Source: Chloropicon primus (lineage: Eukaryota). From it: DNA of 64,000 bases. Location: NCBI GenBank assembly GCA_023205875.1, contig CP060769.1, forward strand, positions 62,001 through 126,000, given 5' to 3'. Numbering within the stretch: position 1 is the stretch's first letter; every line of letters begins with the position of its first letter. A program made the position numbers and the translations under genes. The notes beneath the pieces were generated by a model. That model had not been told where the DNA came from. It saw nothing but the letters and a program-made list of their open reading frames with translations, and made no database searches. Shown in pieces: positions 44,005 through 55,129 of this stretch.

Positions 44005-44498
44005 GGCGAATCCTTTTGCCCCCCCCTCTCTGCCTCACTCCCGGGTTCCCCCACTTCGAGTTCGGGTCAATGGAGAGAGCAAGAGACAAAGATGACTCCT
44101 CCACCGATCCAACCCTCTCTTGACCCTGTCGCGGCCTCGCCCTCGCCGTCGCCTCCCCCTCTCCCTCCCTCCCTCTGCTGCCTCTCCCTTCTTGCCCTCT
44201 TTCGCGTCCTCCAATCCTCACCACTGGGTCGTTTCTTTCGAGCGACGGCTCTTTCGAAAGAGCAAGAGACAACGCTTCTGGTTTTCGGATCCCCCACCTC
44301 CCTTTCTCCCTCCCCCCTCGTCACGCGCGTCCTCAATCCCTCGCGCAAGGTCCTGGTGCGACGTCTCCAACGTCAGTCTTGATCTTCTCGCCTCGATCTC
44401 CTCGTGACCATGCATTCTGCAACAATTTCTCGACGGGCGAGATTGATCCCAAGGACAAATTTCAAAAAACTTCACAGAGGGGATCGCTTGGACCTTGG

Positions 44499-44798
44499 AG
44501 AGGTGAGTTCGCGGAGGTGTGGACGACGGGGGAAGACCGAGAGGCGTCCGGTGACGGCAGATTTCGGTGATCAACCTCGTGATCTTTCTCGAAAGAGCCC
44601 TCTCTCGAAAAGATTGGCGAGCTTGGGACTGAAGACTTGTTGTGACTACTCTTGTTCGCTCGCGGGTCCTTGGGGGATATTGGTTGGTTGGACAGAGGTG
44701 AGTTCGCCGGAGGTGTGGACGACGGGGGAAGACCGAGAGGCTTCCGGTGACGGCAGATTTCGGTGATCAACCTCGTGATCTTTCTCGAAAGAGCCCTC
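44499..44798. repeat. ~104-bp direct repeat (44499-44602, 44694-44798)
   Basis: Near-identical copies, each beginning ag|gtgagt. Confidence 0.93.
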
Positions 44799-45005
44799 CA
44801 TCTCGCGTGACGAGGACGGAACTAACCGAAACCGTTTTGTTCTCCCCAGACTGAACGTGAGAGCTTGTCCTTGCTCGTTCACGGGACCAGGGCGGAGGAG
44901 GCGTCAGGGAACCTCAGCGGAGTAGTCGAAGGGATTGGATTGGCCGGTCAGGCGCCTTGGTGCTCCGTGTTGTTCTTCGCGTGAGACTGCAGGCAAGAAA
45001 CGAAG

Positions 45006-47324
45006 ATGGCTGGCAAGAAGAAGGTAGGGGTTGGCTCGAACGCGGCGGAGTGCGTCAAGGTCGTCGTGCGGTGCCGTCCTCTGTCTCAGGGGGAGGTGGG
45101 CGACGGGAAGAAGGGGATCGTCAACATCGACACGAAGCTCGGGCAAATCGCGATCAAAAACCCGAAACTGGAAGAGAAGGAGCCCGCGAAGAACTTTACC
45201 TTCGACATCGTGTACAACTGGAACACCGAGCAGATAACCTTGTACCAGGAGACCGCGAGTCCCATCGTGGACTCCTGCCTCGAGGGCTACAATGGCACGA
45301 TCTTCTGCTACGGTCAAACCGGAACGGGGAAGACCTTCACCATGGAGGGCAACTTGGGCGACGACAAGACCAAGGGAATCATTCCGAACGCGTTCGACCA
45401 CGTGTTCCGGGCCATAGAAACGAGCCAGGATGACAAGAAGTTTTTGGTTCGAGCAAGCTTCTTGGAGATCTACAACGAGGAGGTGAGGGACCTCCTGTCC
45501 AAGAACTCGGCGAACACCAAGCTCGAGCTCAAGGAGAACGTGGATACGGGAGTTTACGTGAAGAACCTCACAAGCTTCGTCGTCAAGGGGGTGAGCGAAA
45601 TTCACAACGTTCTTGCAGTGGGAAAGAAGAACAGGACGGTCGGGACGACGCTGATGAACAGGGACTCGTCCCGGTCCCACTCCATCTTCACGATAGTCAT
45701 CGAGTGCTCCGAAACCGTGAACGCTGACAGCGGGGACAGCAAAATCCGCGTCGGAAAGCTCAATCTTGTCGATCTGGCGGGCTCGGAGAGGCAGTCCAAG
45801 ACTGGGGCTACCGGGGAGCGCCTCAAGGAGGCCACCAAGATCAACCTCTCCCTGTCCGCCCTGGGCAACGTGATCAGCGCCCTGGTGGACGGGAGAAGCG
45901 GTCACATCCCGTACAGAGACTCCAAGCTGACGAGGCTTTTGCAGGATTCTTTGGGAGGCAACACCAAGACGGTCATGGTGGCGAACATTGGCCCTGCGGA
46001 CTACAATTACGATGAGACCATGTCCACGCTGAGGTACGCCAACCGTGCGAAGAACATCAAGAACAAGCCTAGGATCAACGAGGATCCCAAGGACGCCATG
46101 CTTCGGGAGTTCCAGACGGAGATCGCGAGGCTCAAGGCCCAGCTGCAGAACGCCGGCAATCCGGAAGCCCCGCGAGCCGGGCCAACTGAGGCAGCGGAGG
46201 TGTCCCAGGCGGACAAGGAGCAGATCAAAAGGGAAGTGGAGCAAGAGATGCGAAGCAAGGGTGCGGACCTTCTCTCTCCCGAATCGAAGAGGAGGCTGGA
46301 AGAGGAGAGCGAGGAAAGGTGCAAGGAGGTTGCGAGGAACCTGATGAAGGAACAGGAGGCGCTCAAGGAGGAGAGCAAGAGGATAGCCATGGAGACGGAG
46401 AGGGCCCAGCAGGAGACGGCGAGCCAGCAGCAGCAGCTGGAGGAGGCCAGGAAGAGGAAGCTTGCCATCGAAAACAGGGTCAAGCTGATGGAAGCGAAGC
46501 TCCTTCAGGGCGAGAGGAGGGGCGGCCTCCTCGAGGACACCAAGGCCAAGGAGAGGGAGGTCCTCAGCTTCCAGAGAAAATTGGCGGAGAGGAAGATGGA
46601 AGAGCAGGAGCACGCCCAGAAGATCGCGGAACTGGAGGAGCAGGCCCTGTACGCGGAGGATAACTACGCCACCGTCCAGGACGAGGCGTCCTCGAAGACG
46701 AAGAAGCTCAAGAAGCTGCTCCACCGGTACAAGGCCACGAAGAACGAGATTGAGGAGGTGGCCTGCGACTTCCAATCCGAGAAGGAGGACCTCCTGGAGT
46801 CGGTGAGGTTCCTCAACAGGCAGCTCCAGCTTAAGAACAAGATCATCTCTTCCTTCATTCCCATCGAGGAGACCAAGAAGGTGATGAAGAGGGCGCAGTG
46901 GGACGAGGAGAAGGACGCCTGGCTGCTGGAAAGGCTCAGCAACGTGTCCGAGAGCGACAACAGCGCGAACATGAAGAGGCCCCAGTCGGCTTCCGGAGCC
47001 AAGCGGCCCGTGTCCGAGTACGCCAAGGTGGCCGCCGCCCTCGGGGACCAGAACCCGAGGTTCAAGGGCGAGAACATTTTGGTGATGGAGCTCGACCTGC
47101 CCGATCGCACCACCTACGACTACGACGAGGACTCCGTCGGCGACGCTCAGGCGGCCCTGGACACAATCCTGCACTCGGAGCAGCGGCAGGGCGCCGGAAA
47201 CATCTTGCCCCTGGACAACATCTCGGTCAATTCGCCATCGTTCACCGATGACATGTCCCTCAAGCTCAAGAAGGACGAGAAGAAGAAAAGAATGAAAATG
47301 AGAAGGATGTCCTCCATCATGTAA
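45006..47324 (+). CDS. FLA8: Kinesin-2 (IFT) motor subunit, FLA8/KIF3B-like
   Basis: GQTGTGKT, SSRSH and DLAGSE motifs; FVVKGV..VGKKNR and the tail NPRFKGENIL..LDLPDRTT. Confidence 0.85.
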   Translation: MAGKKKVGVGSNAAECVKVVVRCRPLSQGEVGDGKKGIVNIDTKLGQIAIKNPKLEEKEPAKNFTFDIVYNWNTEQITLYQETASPIVDSCLEGYNGTIFCYGQTGTGKTFTMEGNLGDDKTKGIIPNAFDHVFRAIETSQDDKKFLVRASFLEIYNEEVRDLLSKNSANTKLELKENVDTGVYVKNLTSFVVKGVSEIHNVLAVGKKNRTVGTTLMNRDSSRSHSIFTIVIECSETVNADSGDSKIRVGKLNLVDLAGSERQSKTGATGERLKEATKINLSLSALGNVISALVDGRSGHIPYRDSKLTRLLQDSLGGNTKTVMVANIGPADYNYDETMSTLRYANRAKNIKNKPRINEDPKDAMLREFQTEIARLKAQLQNAGNPEAPRAGPTEAAEVSQADKEQIKREVEQEMRSKGADLLSPESKRRLEEESEERCKEVARNLMKEQEALKEESKRIAMETERAQQETASQQQQLEEARKRKLAIENRVKLMEAKLLQGERRGGLLEDTKAKEREVLSFQRKLAERKMEEQEHAQKIAELEEQALYAEDNYATVQDEASSKTKKLKKLLHRYKATKNEIEEVACDFQSEKEDLLESVRFLNRQLQLKNKIISSFIPIEETKKVMKRAQWDEEKDAWLLERLSNVSESDNSANMKRPQSASGAKRPVSEYAKVAAALGDQNPRFKGENILVMELDLPDRTTYDYDEDSVGDAQAALDTILHSEQRQGAGNILPLDNISVNSPSFTDDMSLKLKKDEKKKRMKMRRMSSIM

Positions 47325-47481
47325 CCACCAAACAAATGTGTAAGACTATTAGCCTTTTGGAAGCCAGTTGTTGTTGACCAACACCGCCATTGTCCATCGT
47401 TCATCGTCGGTTACTTTCTTCTCGAGTCTCTCTCTCTCCTATCATTCATCCTCAACCTCAAACGGCAGCAACAGACAGAGA

Positions 47482-47524
<43 letters not shown>

Positions 47525-47692
47525 GGGTGGTCAATCGAACACGCACACACTCCTTCTCTCTCCGCCATCCGCCATCACCATCAGTCTCTGTTGCTGGTTG
47601 TCCTCCTCCTCCAGCGGCGAAGCATGATCAAAAGGAGCGAGGAGCGAGCGAGGAGCAAGGTGCGAGGAGGTTGAGGGCGTTGGAACGAGGTT

Positions 47693-48631
47693 ATGGTGGC
47701 GGGGGTGGCGCGCGCGGCTTTGACGATCGGGAGGATCCTGAAGATACCCAAGCTGGTTCCAATCCCGAGGCCTGGTGTCCAAGCGAAGGCGCCGCTTGAT
47801 TGGACCAGGCTGTGGAGAAGCGAGGCCACGAGGAGGGGGAGGCCTGGTGTCCAAGCGAAGGCGCCGCATGATTGGAGCGGGGTGTTGAGGAGGGAGGCCT
47901 TTGGTCGGGTTCCAAGGCTGGTGGCCGCGGGGTCTGGCGGGAAGACGGGCAGCGCGTTTCAGAAAGTCTTTCGCAGGCAGTACCACATCACCAACAGCAG
48001 AGGAGGGCTCAACTTCAACTCGAGGCAGTTTGATAATCACGAGACTGTGCTTTATGGCCTGATGGGTCTGAATGCCGCGGTGTTCGCCTCGTGGCACCTC
48101 TTCTCCTCGTCGTTCATGCTCAAGCACTTTGCGTGCTCGACGGAAGCCTTGCGAAACCTGAGGCCGTGGACTCTGGTGACCTCCATGTTCAGCCAGTTCG
48201 ACTTCAGTCACTTCGCAGTGAACATGCTTGGGCTGTACTTTTGGGGGAGGGACGTGGGGCAGCTCCTGGGGGGGAAGAAGTTGCTTGGCCTGTACCTCGC
48301 CGGGGGCCTCGCGGGGGCGGCCGTTCAGCTTGCTCTGGACTACTCGAACCAGAAGGAATACCGGTGGGGTCAGCCCAGGGAAAGGTACTGCCTCGGAGCC
48401 TCCGCGGCCGTCAACAGCATGGTGACCCTGAACATCCTGCTCTTTCCCAAGTCCACCGTCCTGCTGTACTTCTTCATCCCCGTGCCGGCGGCCTTGCTCG
48501 GAGGACTCTTCCTGGCCCGAGACTTCTCCGGCCTGTACGACAGCAATAGCGGGACCTCGCATGCCGGCCACCTCGGGGGTGCCGCCGTGGGATTCCTCTA
48601 CTGGCTCCTCCGCTTCAGGAGGTTCTACTGA
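47693..48631 (+). CDS. Rhomboid protease, organellar PARL-like
   Basis: HFAVNM, GASAA and HAGHLGG motifs; duplicated RPGVQAKAPxDW in the presequence. Confidence 0.9.
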   Translation: MVAGVARAALTIGRILKIPKLVPIPRPGVQAKAPLDWTRLWRSEATRRGRPGVQAKAPHDWSGVLRREAFGRVPRLVAAGSGGKTGSAFQKVFRRQYHITNSRGGLNFNSRQFDNHETVLYGLMGLNAAVFASWHLFSSSFMLKHFACSTEALRNLRPWTLVTSMFSQFDFSHFAVNMLGLYFWGRDVGQLLGGKKLLGLYLAGGLAGAAVQLALDYSNQKEYRWGQPRERYCLGASAAVNSMVTLNILLFPKSTVLLYFFIPVPAALLGGLFLARDFSGLYDSNSGTSHAGHLGGAAVGFLYWLLRFRRFY

Positions 48632-49432
48632 GGCGCATTCGTTGGCCCAGTCGTTGTTCTCGTGCATTGTCATCGACCTCTGTGTTGTGCCGACGATGCA
48701 GCGTCGACGCTGGAAGAGGAGAGCGTCGAGTACGACCATGTGAGGGCCTTAACAGCATGGCGGCCGGCCGTGTTTGCTTGCGGCAAACGGGTCCTCTCCC
48801 TCGTCTCGGAGACTTGAGAACCAGAATGAGTGAGAGGGAACCGAGCAAGGAATGGAACACACAGAGGCGTTACCACACACTGCTTCGTTCCATCATCCAG
48901 AGCGGAGAGAGGGAGAGAGAGAGGGAGAAGCAGAGGGAGAGGACCCTCCGCCTGGTGGTGACGATGAGTGGAGTCCGGACGCGGAACGAACGGATTGAAC
49001 GAGTGAGAGTCGAGTCGAGTCGAGTCGAGTCGAGTGTGCGTCCAATCAATCAGCATCCAAGGCTTGGGAAAAGATGATGAAGATAAAGTTTATAATAACT
49101 TCTCTCGGGAAGAGAGATCTCTAGCCACAAGATCTTCGCATCAATAGAATCTCATCGTCGAGGCACTTTCTGTCGTCTCACTCGAGGTTGAGGTCGTGAA
49201 CGAACGAGGTGAGTCTCGCCGCCGCTTGGACGAGGGCGTCGAGAGGCGGAGTCTCGTGACGGAACTCTCACGCAGCGCTCTTTCGTTCGACCCCTCGGTC
49301 GACGCGAGGCACCAAAGTTCGACGGAATGGAATGGAATGGACTGAATTGTTTTGTTTTTTTTTCCTTTTCGATGCAGGTGAGTCTCGTTCCTCGGTTGTC
49401 CGTGGTGGCCTGTGTCTTGTCTGCTGGTCTAG

Positions 49433-50323
49433 ATGGAGCTGGCGCGAGGAGTGAGGGTGAGGGGAAGCGCGAGGGGCGTGGGATTGACAGGGACGTCCTC
49501 CGGAGTGTCGAGCGGAAGGGTCCAACTCAGGAGGGGTGCGAGGCACTTGGTGAGACTCGTCGGGGGACGGAGAGGGGTCGAAGCCAAGGCGCTCGACGTG
49601 CTGTTGGAGCGGGCCGTGGTCGTCGTGGAGTCGACTGCGGCGACAAATGACTATGGTTGGCTGGTGCTCGCCACGGTGATCGCGAGCACGGAGCTCGTTC
49701 CCCTCATACCGACCCAGCCCCTGTCTCTCGTGAGCGGGCTTCTGTTTGGGGCCTCGAAGGGGGCGACGATCACGCTGCTTGGCACGGTCACTGCGGCCAC
49801 CGTGGCCTTCTCGCTGGCAAGGGGGCCCGCGGGGAAGACGCTCTCGTCCGTGGCCCTGCGGTTAGAGGGGGGCGAGGGTGACGACGAGGGGTCCAGCAAC
49901 GCCGTGCTGAGGAAGATGGGGGAGGGCGTGGAGGACATGGGTTTCGTGCAGCAGACGATTAGCATCGTCCTCTTGAGGATGTCGCCCGTGGTCCCCTTCA
50001 GCATATCGAACTACATGGTGGGCCTGACGCCGGTCAAACCCCTGCCTTTCGTGTGCGGCACCCTCATCGGCATGAGCCCCTGGTGCCTCCTTTACGCGAC
50101 CCTCGGCAAGGCCGCGGGGTCCATCCTGTTCCAGGATGGGCAGGCCTTCACGATTGAGGGCCTGGAGGACCTGAGGAGCGCCGTGCAGCAGCAGCTCTCC
50201 CAGTACAGCGAGGAGATGTCCCTGTTCGGCCTCGGCACCCTCGTCATGCTCAGCGTCTTCGTGTTCACCATGGTCAAGAAGAAGAGCGAGGAGAACAACA
50301 ACAACAACAACACATTGTTGTAA
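49433..50323 (+). CDS. SNARE-associated/TVP38 (DedA/VTT) membrane protein
   Basis: SGLLFG...LRMSPVVPFSISNY..GLT. Confidence 0.88.
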   Translation: MELARGVRVRGSARGVGLTGTSSGVSSGRVQLRRGARHLVRLVGGRRGVEAKALDVLLERAVVVVESTAATNDYGWLVLATVIASTELVPLIPTQPLSLVSGLLFGASKGATITLLGTVTAATVAFSLARGPAGKTLSSVALRLEGGEGDDEGSSNAVLRKMGEGVEDMGFVQQTISIVLLRMSPVVPFSISNYMVGLTPVKPLPFVCGTLIGMSPWCLLYATLGKAAGSILFQDGQAFTIEGLEDLRSAVQQQLSQYSEEMSLFGLGTLVMLSVFVFTMVKKKSEENNNNNNTLL

Positions 50324-50517
50324 TTTGTGTAATCATACTGCTGCTACTGCTACTAGATTATCGCGCGGCACAGGCACGCCACCCGTCCAAAAGACAGCAG
50401 CAGAACAACAACAACAAGGAGGAGAGAGGGGGGGGGGAGGGCGGCGCCATCATCTCCTTGGATCATCACTCATCATCGTACACAATCTGCGGATTGTGTT
50501 TTGGTGAGACCAGAGAA

Positions 50518-50817
50518 AGAAGCAGCGAGGAAGATACAATGATGCGTCACCCATGCATCCATCCCATCCTCCCCCTCCTTGATCCTCCACCACCATTGCT
50601 TACTCCCCATCAGAGGACTCCTCTCTCCTCGATCGATCTCTGGCATCGATGCTCTCCTTCTGCGTTTTTAGGCGGGGTAAGAGGAGAGAGTGCAGAGAAG
50701 CAGCGAGGAAGAGACAATGATGCGTCACATCCATGCATCCATCCCCCCTCCCCCTCCTTGATCCTCCACCACCATCGCTTACTCCCCATCAGAGGACTCC
50801 TCTCTCCTCGATCGATC
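50518..50817. repeat. ~120-bp diverged direct repeat (50518-50638, 50696-50817)
   Basis: Read directly from the sequence. Confidence 0.85.
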
Positions 50818-50975
50818 GCTGCGTTTTGCCGTTTTTTTTTTTGGCGGGCTCGAGGAGAGAGTAGAGAGGAGCACCTTGTGACTCCCACCGATGAGGAAGA
50901 GCGTAGACACAGAAACGGAAGCCACTTCGGCGCCAACCTCGTCTTCCACAAACGTAAGTCACAACAACAACAACA

Positions 50976-51007
<32 letters not shown>

Positions 51008-51170
51008 GAACGAGGAACGAGGATCACCACAACCACAACCTCAACCTTATCTCCACGATCGTTCGTTCGTTCGTGCGTGCGTTCGATCGTCTTGGAGATG
51101 GTTCTGGTTCGCTCTCTCGGTTTGGAAGGGAAGGCATCGTGGGTGGGTGGTGTTGACTTGGCTCGCTCCG

Positions 51171-51201
<31 letters not shown>

Positions 51202-51339
51202 TCCTTCCAAGGGACACGAAGACGGAACAGGATCGCAGCAAGGCCTCCACCTTGATCATCCCCATGCCCTTTTCGTTCGTTCGAGGAAACTGACTGACTC
51301 CATTTCGTTTCGTTTCGTTTCGTTTCGCCTCGTTGACAG

Positions 51340-53376
51340 GTGAACGGCGAGGAGGAGGAGGAGGTTGTTGTTGCTGCTCAGCAGCGCGACGAGGAAGTTG
51401 TTGTTGTCGCCGAGGCTGCTGATCCCTTAGCTGAGGAGGAAAGGGACACCAAAGCGAAAGCCAAGGGAGGGTCTATGGCGACGCCAGTAGCGGCAGCAGC
51501 GGCGGTTGCTGGGCTCTTCGTGGTGAAGAAGTTGTTCGGTGGGAGGAAGGAGAGGCTGGAGAGAGGGGTGGTGACGAAAGAGGCGGACAGGTATGGTGCC
51601 CTGGTGGAGGTGCTGGACTTGAGGGCGGACGCGGCGGAGTTGCACGCACCGCCGCCGATGAAGCCGCCGGTCCTGACGGGGCGGACCTTCGTGATCAAGG
51701 ACAATATCGATGTGGCGGGCTCCCCGACGCAGTACGGCTGCCCCGCTTGGAGCTCGGCCAAGGCCACCAAGAACGCCCCGTGCGTGGACAAGTTACTGAA
51801 AGCGGGGGCGAGGGGCGTGGGAAAGGCCGTCTTGGACGAGCTGGCCTACGGAATGGAGGGGGAGAACCCCCACCACAGGAGCAACGGGCCAAAGAATCCT
51901 TTGAACGAGGACTTGGTGACGGGAGGCTCTTCGAGCGGGAGCGCGGTCGCGGTTGCAGGGGGGTTGTGCGACTTCGCGCTCGGGACGGACACCTGTGGCA
52001 GCGTGAGGGTGCCGGCCGCGTGCTGTGGCGTGTTCGGGATGAAGACCACCTTCGGGGCCATAAGCACCGAGGGGGTCCTCCCCATGGCCAAATCGTTCGA
52101 CACCGTGGGGTGGTTTGCGAGAGACGCCGCGCTGCTGAGGCAGGTGGGCCACGTGCTCCTGGACGACCCGTCGTCGTCCTCTGAGCTGCTGCTCGCTCCA
52201 TCAAAGTTCTTGATCGCCCAAGATCTGATCTACTCCTGCAAGCCGGCGGAGTACTCTCAGATCCTCGCGGACGTGGCCCAGCTATCCGCTTCGCGCCTCC
52301 TCGGGTCCGCCAACGTGGCTCAGGTCAAGCTGGAAAACTTTCTCACCAAGCAGGTGCCTGAGTTGAAAGTTTTCAAGAAGGACAGCTCCACGTCGTCGAG
52401 GGAGGCGGCGTATTCCGCGGGCAGAAGAAAGCTTCTCTTCGAGGTCGCCCAGACTTTTTCTGCGTTTTTCAAGAAGGCAGACAAGGGGAAGATGAGTAAA
52501 GTGGTGAAGAACCGGATCAAGCTGTCTCTCGACTTTCACGCCGCGGTTTCCAAGAAGGCCAAGGGCAGCCGGGAAGGGGAAGCCCAGGGGGTATCGACGG
52601 AGTGTGCCGTGGTCGAGACGATGGGGGACACCCTGAACGAGGCCCTGTCGAGGGAGAAGGTTCTCATCGTTCCCTCCATGGCAAGGCTGCCTCTGAGGAA
52701 GGGCGCGGGAAAGGAGGAGATGGCGGAATGGAGGGACGACAACTTCAGCATCCTCATTCTGGCCTCTGCCACTGGATTGCCACAGGTCACCATGCCTCTG
52801 GGAGAACTGGATGACAAGGATGGCAAGAAGATTCCAGTGAGCTTGAGCCTCATTGGCGCCAGGGGCTCGGACAAGCTCCTGCTGGACACCTGCCACGCCA
52901 TGGTCGAGAAGGTTTGCCAGGTGGCGTTCCAGCAAGCGCTCAAGAAGCAGAAGAGCGCTGGCAAGGGCAACGGCCACGTGGACCAGGACAAGCTCATGGC
53001 GGCAAGCCTCAAGGACCAGGGCAACCAGGCTTTCAGGGAAGGGAGGTTCTACGACGCGGTCCAGCTCTACAGCCAAGGGATCCAGTTGGACGATTCTCTA
53101 GCGGTCCTTTACAGCAACAGGGCGATGGCCCTCCTGAAGCTTGGCAACTTTGTCGATGCGGAGAGCGATTGCACGACCTGCCTTTCCCTGGACCCCTCGA
53201 ACGTGAAAGCGCTTCTCAGGAGGGGGACTGCGAGGGCGTACCTGGCCCAATTTCAAGAAGCTCTTGAGGACTTCGAGCAGGTCTTGGTCTTGGAGCCAAA
53301 CAACGCCGCTGCAGCTCAGGAGCTCGAGAGGATGAAGGAAGCCTTTTCCACGCCGGCTGCTCAGGATAATGCTTAG
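51340..53376 (+). CDS. TOC64: Toc64/OM64-like protein: TM anchor, amidase domain and three TPRs (5' exon uncertain)
   Basis: IKDNID, GGSSSGS and TDTCGSVRVPA motifs; KDQGN..SNRA..KALLRRG TPRs. Confidence 0.85.
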   Translation: MNGEEEEEVVVAAQQRDEEVVVVAEAADPLAEEERDTKAKAKGGSMATPVAAAAAVAGLFVVKKLFGGRKERLERGVVTKEADRYGALVEVLDLRADAAELHAPPPMKPPVLTGRTFVIKDNIDVAGSPTQYGCPAWSSAKATKNAPCVDKLLKAGARGVGKAVLDELAYGMEGENPHHRSNGPKNPLNEDLVTGGSSSGSAVAVAGGLCDFALGTDTCGSVRVPAACCGVFGMKTTFGAISTEGVLPMAKSFDTVGWFARDAALLRQVGHVLLDDPSSSSELLLAPSKFLIAQDLIYSCKPAEYSQILADVAQLSASRLLGSANVAQVKLENFLTKQVPELKVFKKDSSTSSREAAYSAGRRKLLFEVAQTFSAFFKKADKGKMSKVVKNRIKLSLDFHAAVSKKAKGSREGEAQGVSTECAVVETMGDTLNEALSREKVLIVPSMARLPLRKGAGKEEMAEWRDDNFSILILASATGLPQVTMPLGELDDKDGKKIPVSLSLIGARGSDKLLLDTCHAMVEKVCQVAFQQALKKQKSAGKGNGHVDQDKLMAASLKDQGNQAFREGRFYDAVQLYSQGIQLDDSLAVLYSNRAMALLKLGNFVDAESDCTTCLSLDPSNVKALLRRGTARAYLAQFQEALEDFEQVLVLEPNNAAAAQELERMKEAFSTPAAQDNA

Positions 53377-53402
53377 GTTTATTCTTGTAATTACATATAC
53401 AC

Positions 53403-54695
53403 TTAATCTCGCAGCTGCTTCACGCACAACTCGAGAAAGTCTCTTATGGAGGACTTCACCTGATCGATTTGGCTCTTTTCCACTGCGTAAGACCTGAGCA
53501 ACATGGTGATCTCCGTCTGCAGGAGGCTGCCATTGGTTCGCACGACGGACTCTGCCGCCTGCCTCTTTTCCTCCTCCTGTTTGTGCTCCCGCTCCTTCTC
53601 TGCATCGATCTGGTCCGCGAAGCGGTGGAGAGATTTGACGCTCGACTCCATGCTCTCCGCGCAGACGGCCATCTTGTTTCGGCTCCTCTCGAGGTCCTTG
53701 AGCTTGGTAATCGATTGGTACAGCCGGTCCACAAAGAGGGTGTTGGGAACTTCAGGTGCGCCCTTCCCCTTCCCACGCTTCTGCTGGTTTTGGGAGGACT
53801 TGATGTTCTGGTCCCTTTCCACCAGGGCGTCCACCTTCTTGTGAATCAAGCTCGCGTCTTGCAATAATCGCGTCACTCTGCTGTCCGTGCCTCCGCTGCT
53901 TCTCCCTCCGGCACCGGCCTGGGCCCTCGCCGCAGCAATGCTAGAATTGGTTCTGCCCGCGCTCTGAAGAAGCTCGACCGTTCTCCCTTGTCTCCCCTCC
54001 TTGCGCCCTGAAACCTCCTCGGCCTTCTCCTTCCCGCTCGATGATGCCGCGAGGGGGGCCACTGACGCTCCTTGGGGCTTCGACGCGAACGGCATCGCCT
54101 TCTTCCTCAAGTTCTCCAGTGTTTGTCCAATGAGCTCCTTGGCCTTCGTTCTCGGTGACACCTCGGGAACAAGAGCAGCTTGGGGTGTCTCTGCCCGGGC
54201 CGTCGCAGTCTCCTTCCCTTCCCCGCCGCCTGCTACCGCCTTCGGTACCGCTGGACTCGGTGGGGCCGCGGTGTCTCCCCGGGGAGCGGGGCTGGTGGCC
54301 CTCACCACGCTGCTCCTTCGGAAGGACGAGCGGGGCGACCTCTTCGATATCGGAGGGACAGAAGACGACGACGAGGCGTCTTCGTGACTCGCCCTGCCGA
54401 CATCCACCGACCGTGCAGGTGGAGGGGCGGGCGAAGTGAACGAAGGCCTCCTGCTGCCATCGCCCTTGGGCCTCGTCGGGGGGAGAGGGGGCGCCACCGG
54501 TGTCACTGGTTTCGACTTGTCCACACCACCTGGTCTGATGGACTGTTCACTTGCCTCACCCCCTTTGGTGCTCTGCAGCTGCTTTCTCGTGTCCTCTATC
54601 CGTTTTCGATACGCTTCCAGCATACTCGTCCTCTTTCCTGCCCCCAAGGCGTCGCCTTGGCCCCCACCTTGGCCCACACCACCACCTTCCTCCAT
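53403..54695 (-). CDS. Hypothetical low-complexity/coiled-coil protein
   Basis: 430-aa ATG ORF with host-like codon usage. Confidence 0.7.
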   Translation of the reverse strand: MEEGGGVGQGGGQGDALGAGKRTSMLEAYRKRIEDTRKQLQSTKGGEASEQSIRPGGVDKSKPVTPVAPPLPPTRPKGDGSRRPSFTSPAPPPARSVDVGRASHEDASSSSSVPPISKRSPRSSFRRSSVVRATSPAPRGDTAAPPSPAVPKAVAGGGEGKETATARAETPQAALVPEVSPRTKAKELIGQTLENLRKKAMPFASKPQGASVAPLAASSSGKEKAEEVSGRKEGRQGRTVELLQSAGRTNSSIAAARAQAGAGGRSSGGTDSRVTRLLQDASLIHKKVDALVERDQNIKSSQNQQKRGKGKGAPEVPNTLFVDRLYQSITKLKDLERSRNKMAVCAESMESSVKSLHRFADQIDAEKEREHKQEEEKRQAAESVVRTNGSLLQTEITMLLRSYAVEKSQIDQVKSSIRDFLELCVKQLRD

Positions 54696-55129
54696 ACTCT
54701 CCCTTGGGCGTCAAAGTCTTCAAGGTATTCGGACTCCCAACCTCACCAGGACGCCAAATCGTTCGAGGGAGAGGTCTATGCAAAGAGAAGGAGACAATGC
54801 TTCCGTTAGTGTCTCCCAATCGGCATGAAACGTTCGCCTCTTCCGTCAAAAGGTGAGACAAGTCTTACCTCTTGGTCTCTCCCCCCTTGCCAGTGCCAGT
54901 GACAGATTTTGATTTGGTTTCAAATTTCCCAGCAGCAGCCGAGGGCGAGGGCGAGGGCGAGACGACGATGTGACGAGGGGAAGCAGACGGGGAAGGCATT
55001 CGTTCCATCGCATCCGTCAGAACGGGACAGAGGAACAATTCTCCTCCTCTCCCTTCGTTTCCTTTCGTCTTCGTTTTCCTTTTCCTTTTCCTTTTCCTTT
55101 TCCTTTTCGTCGTCGTCTTCGTTTGTGGA

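Noticed and set aside
47480..47520. (GT)n, (CT)n, (CGT)n and (CAT)n microsatellites throughout the window
   Set aside because: These are ordinary simple repeats of this genome.
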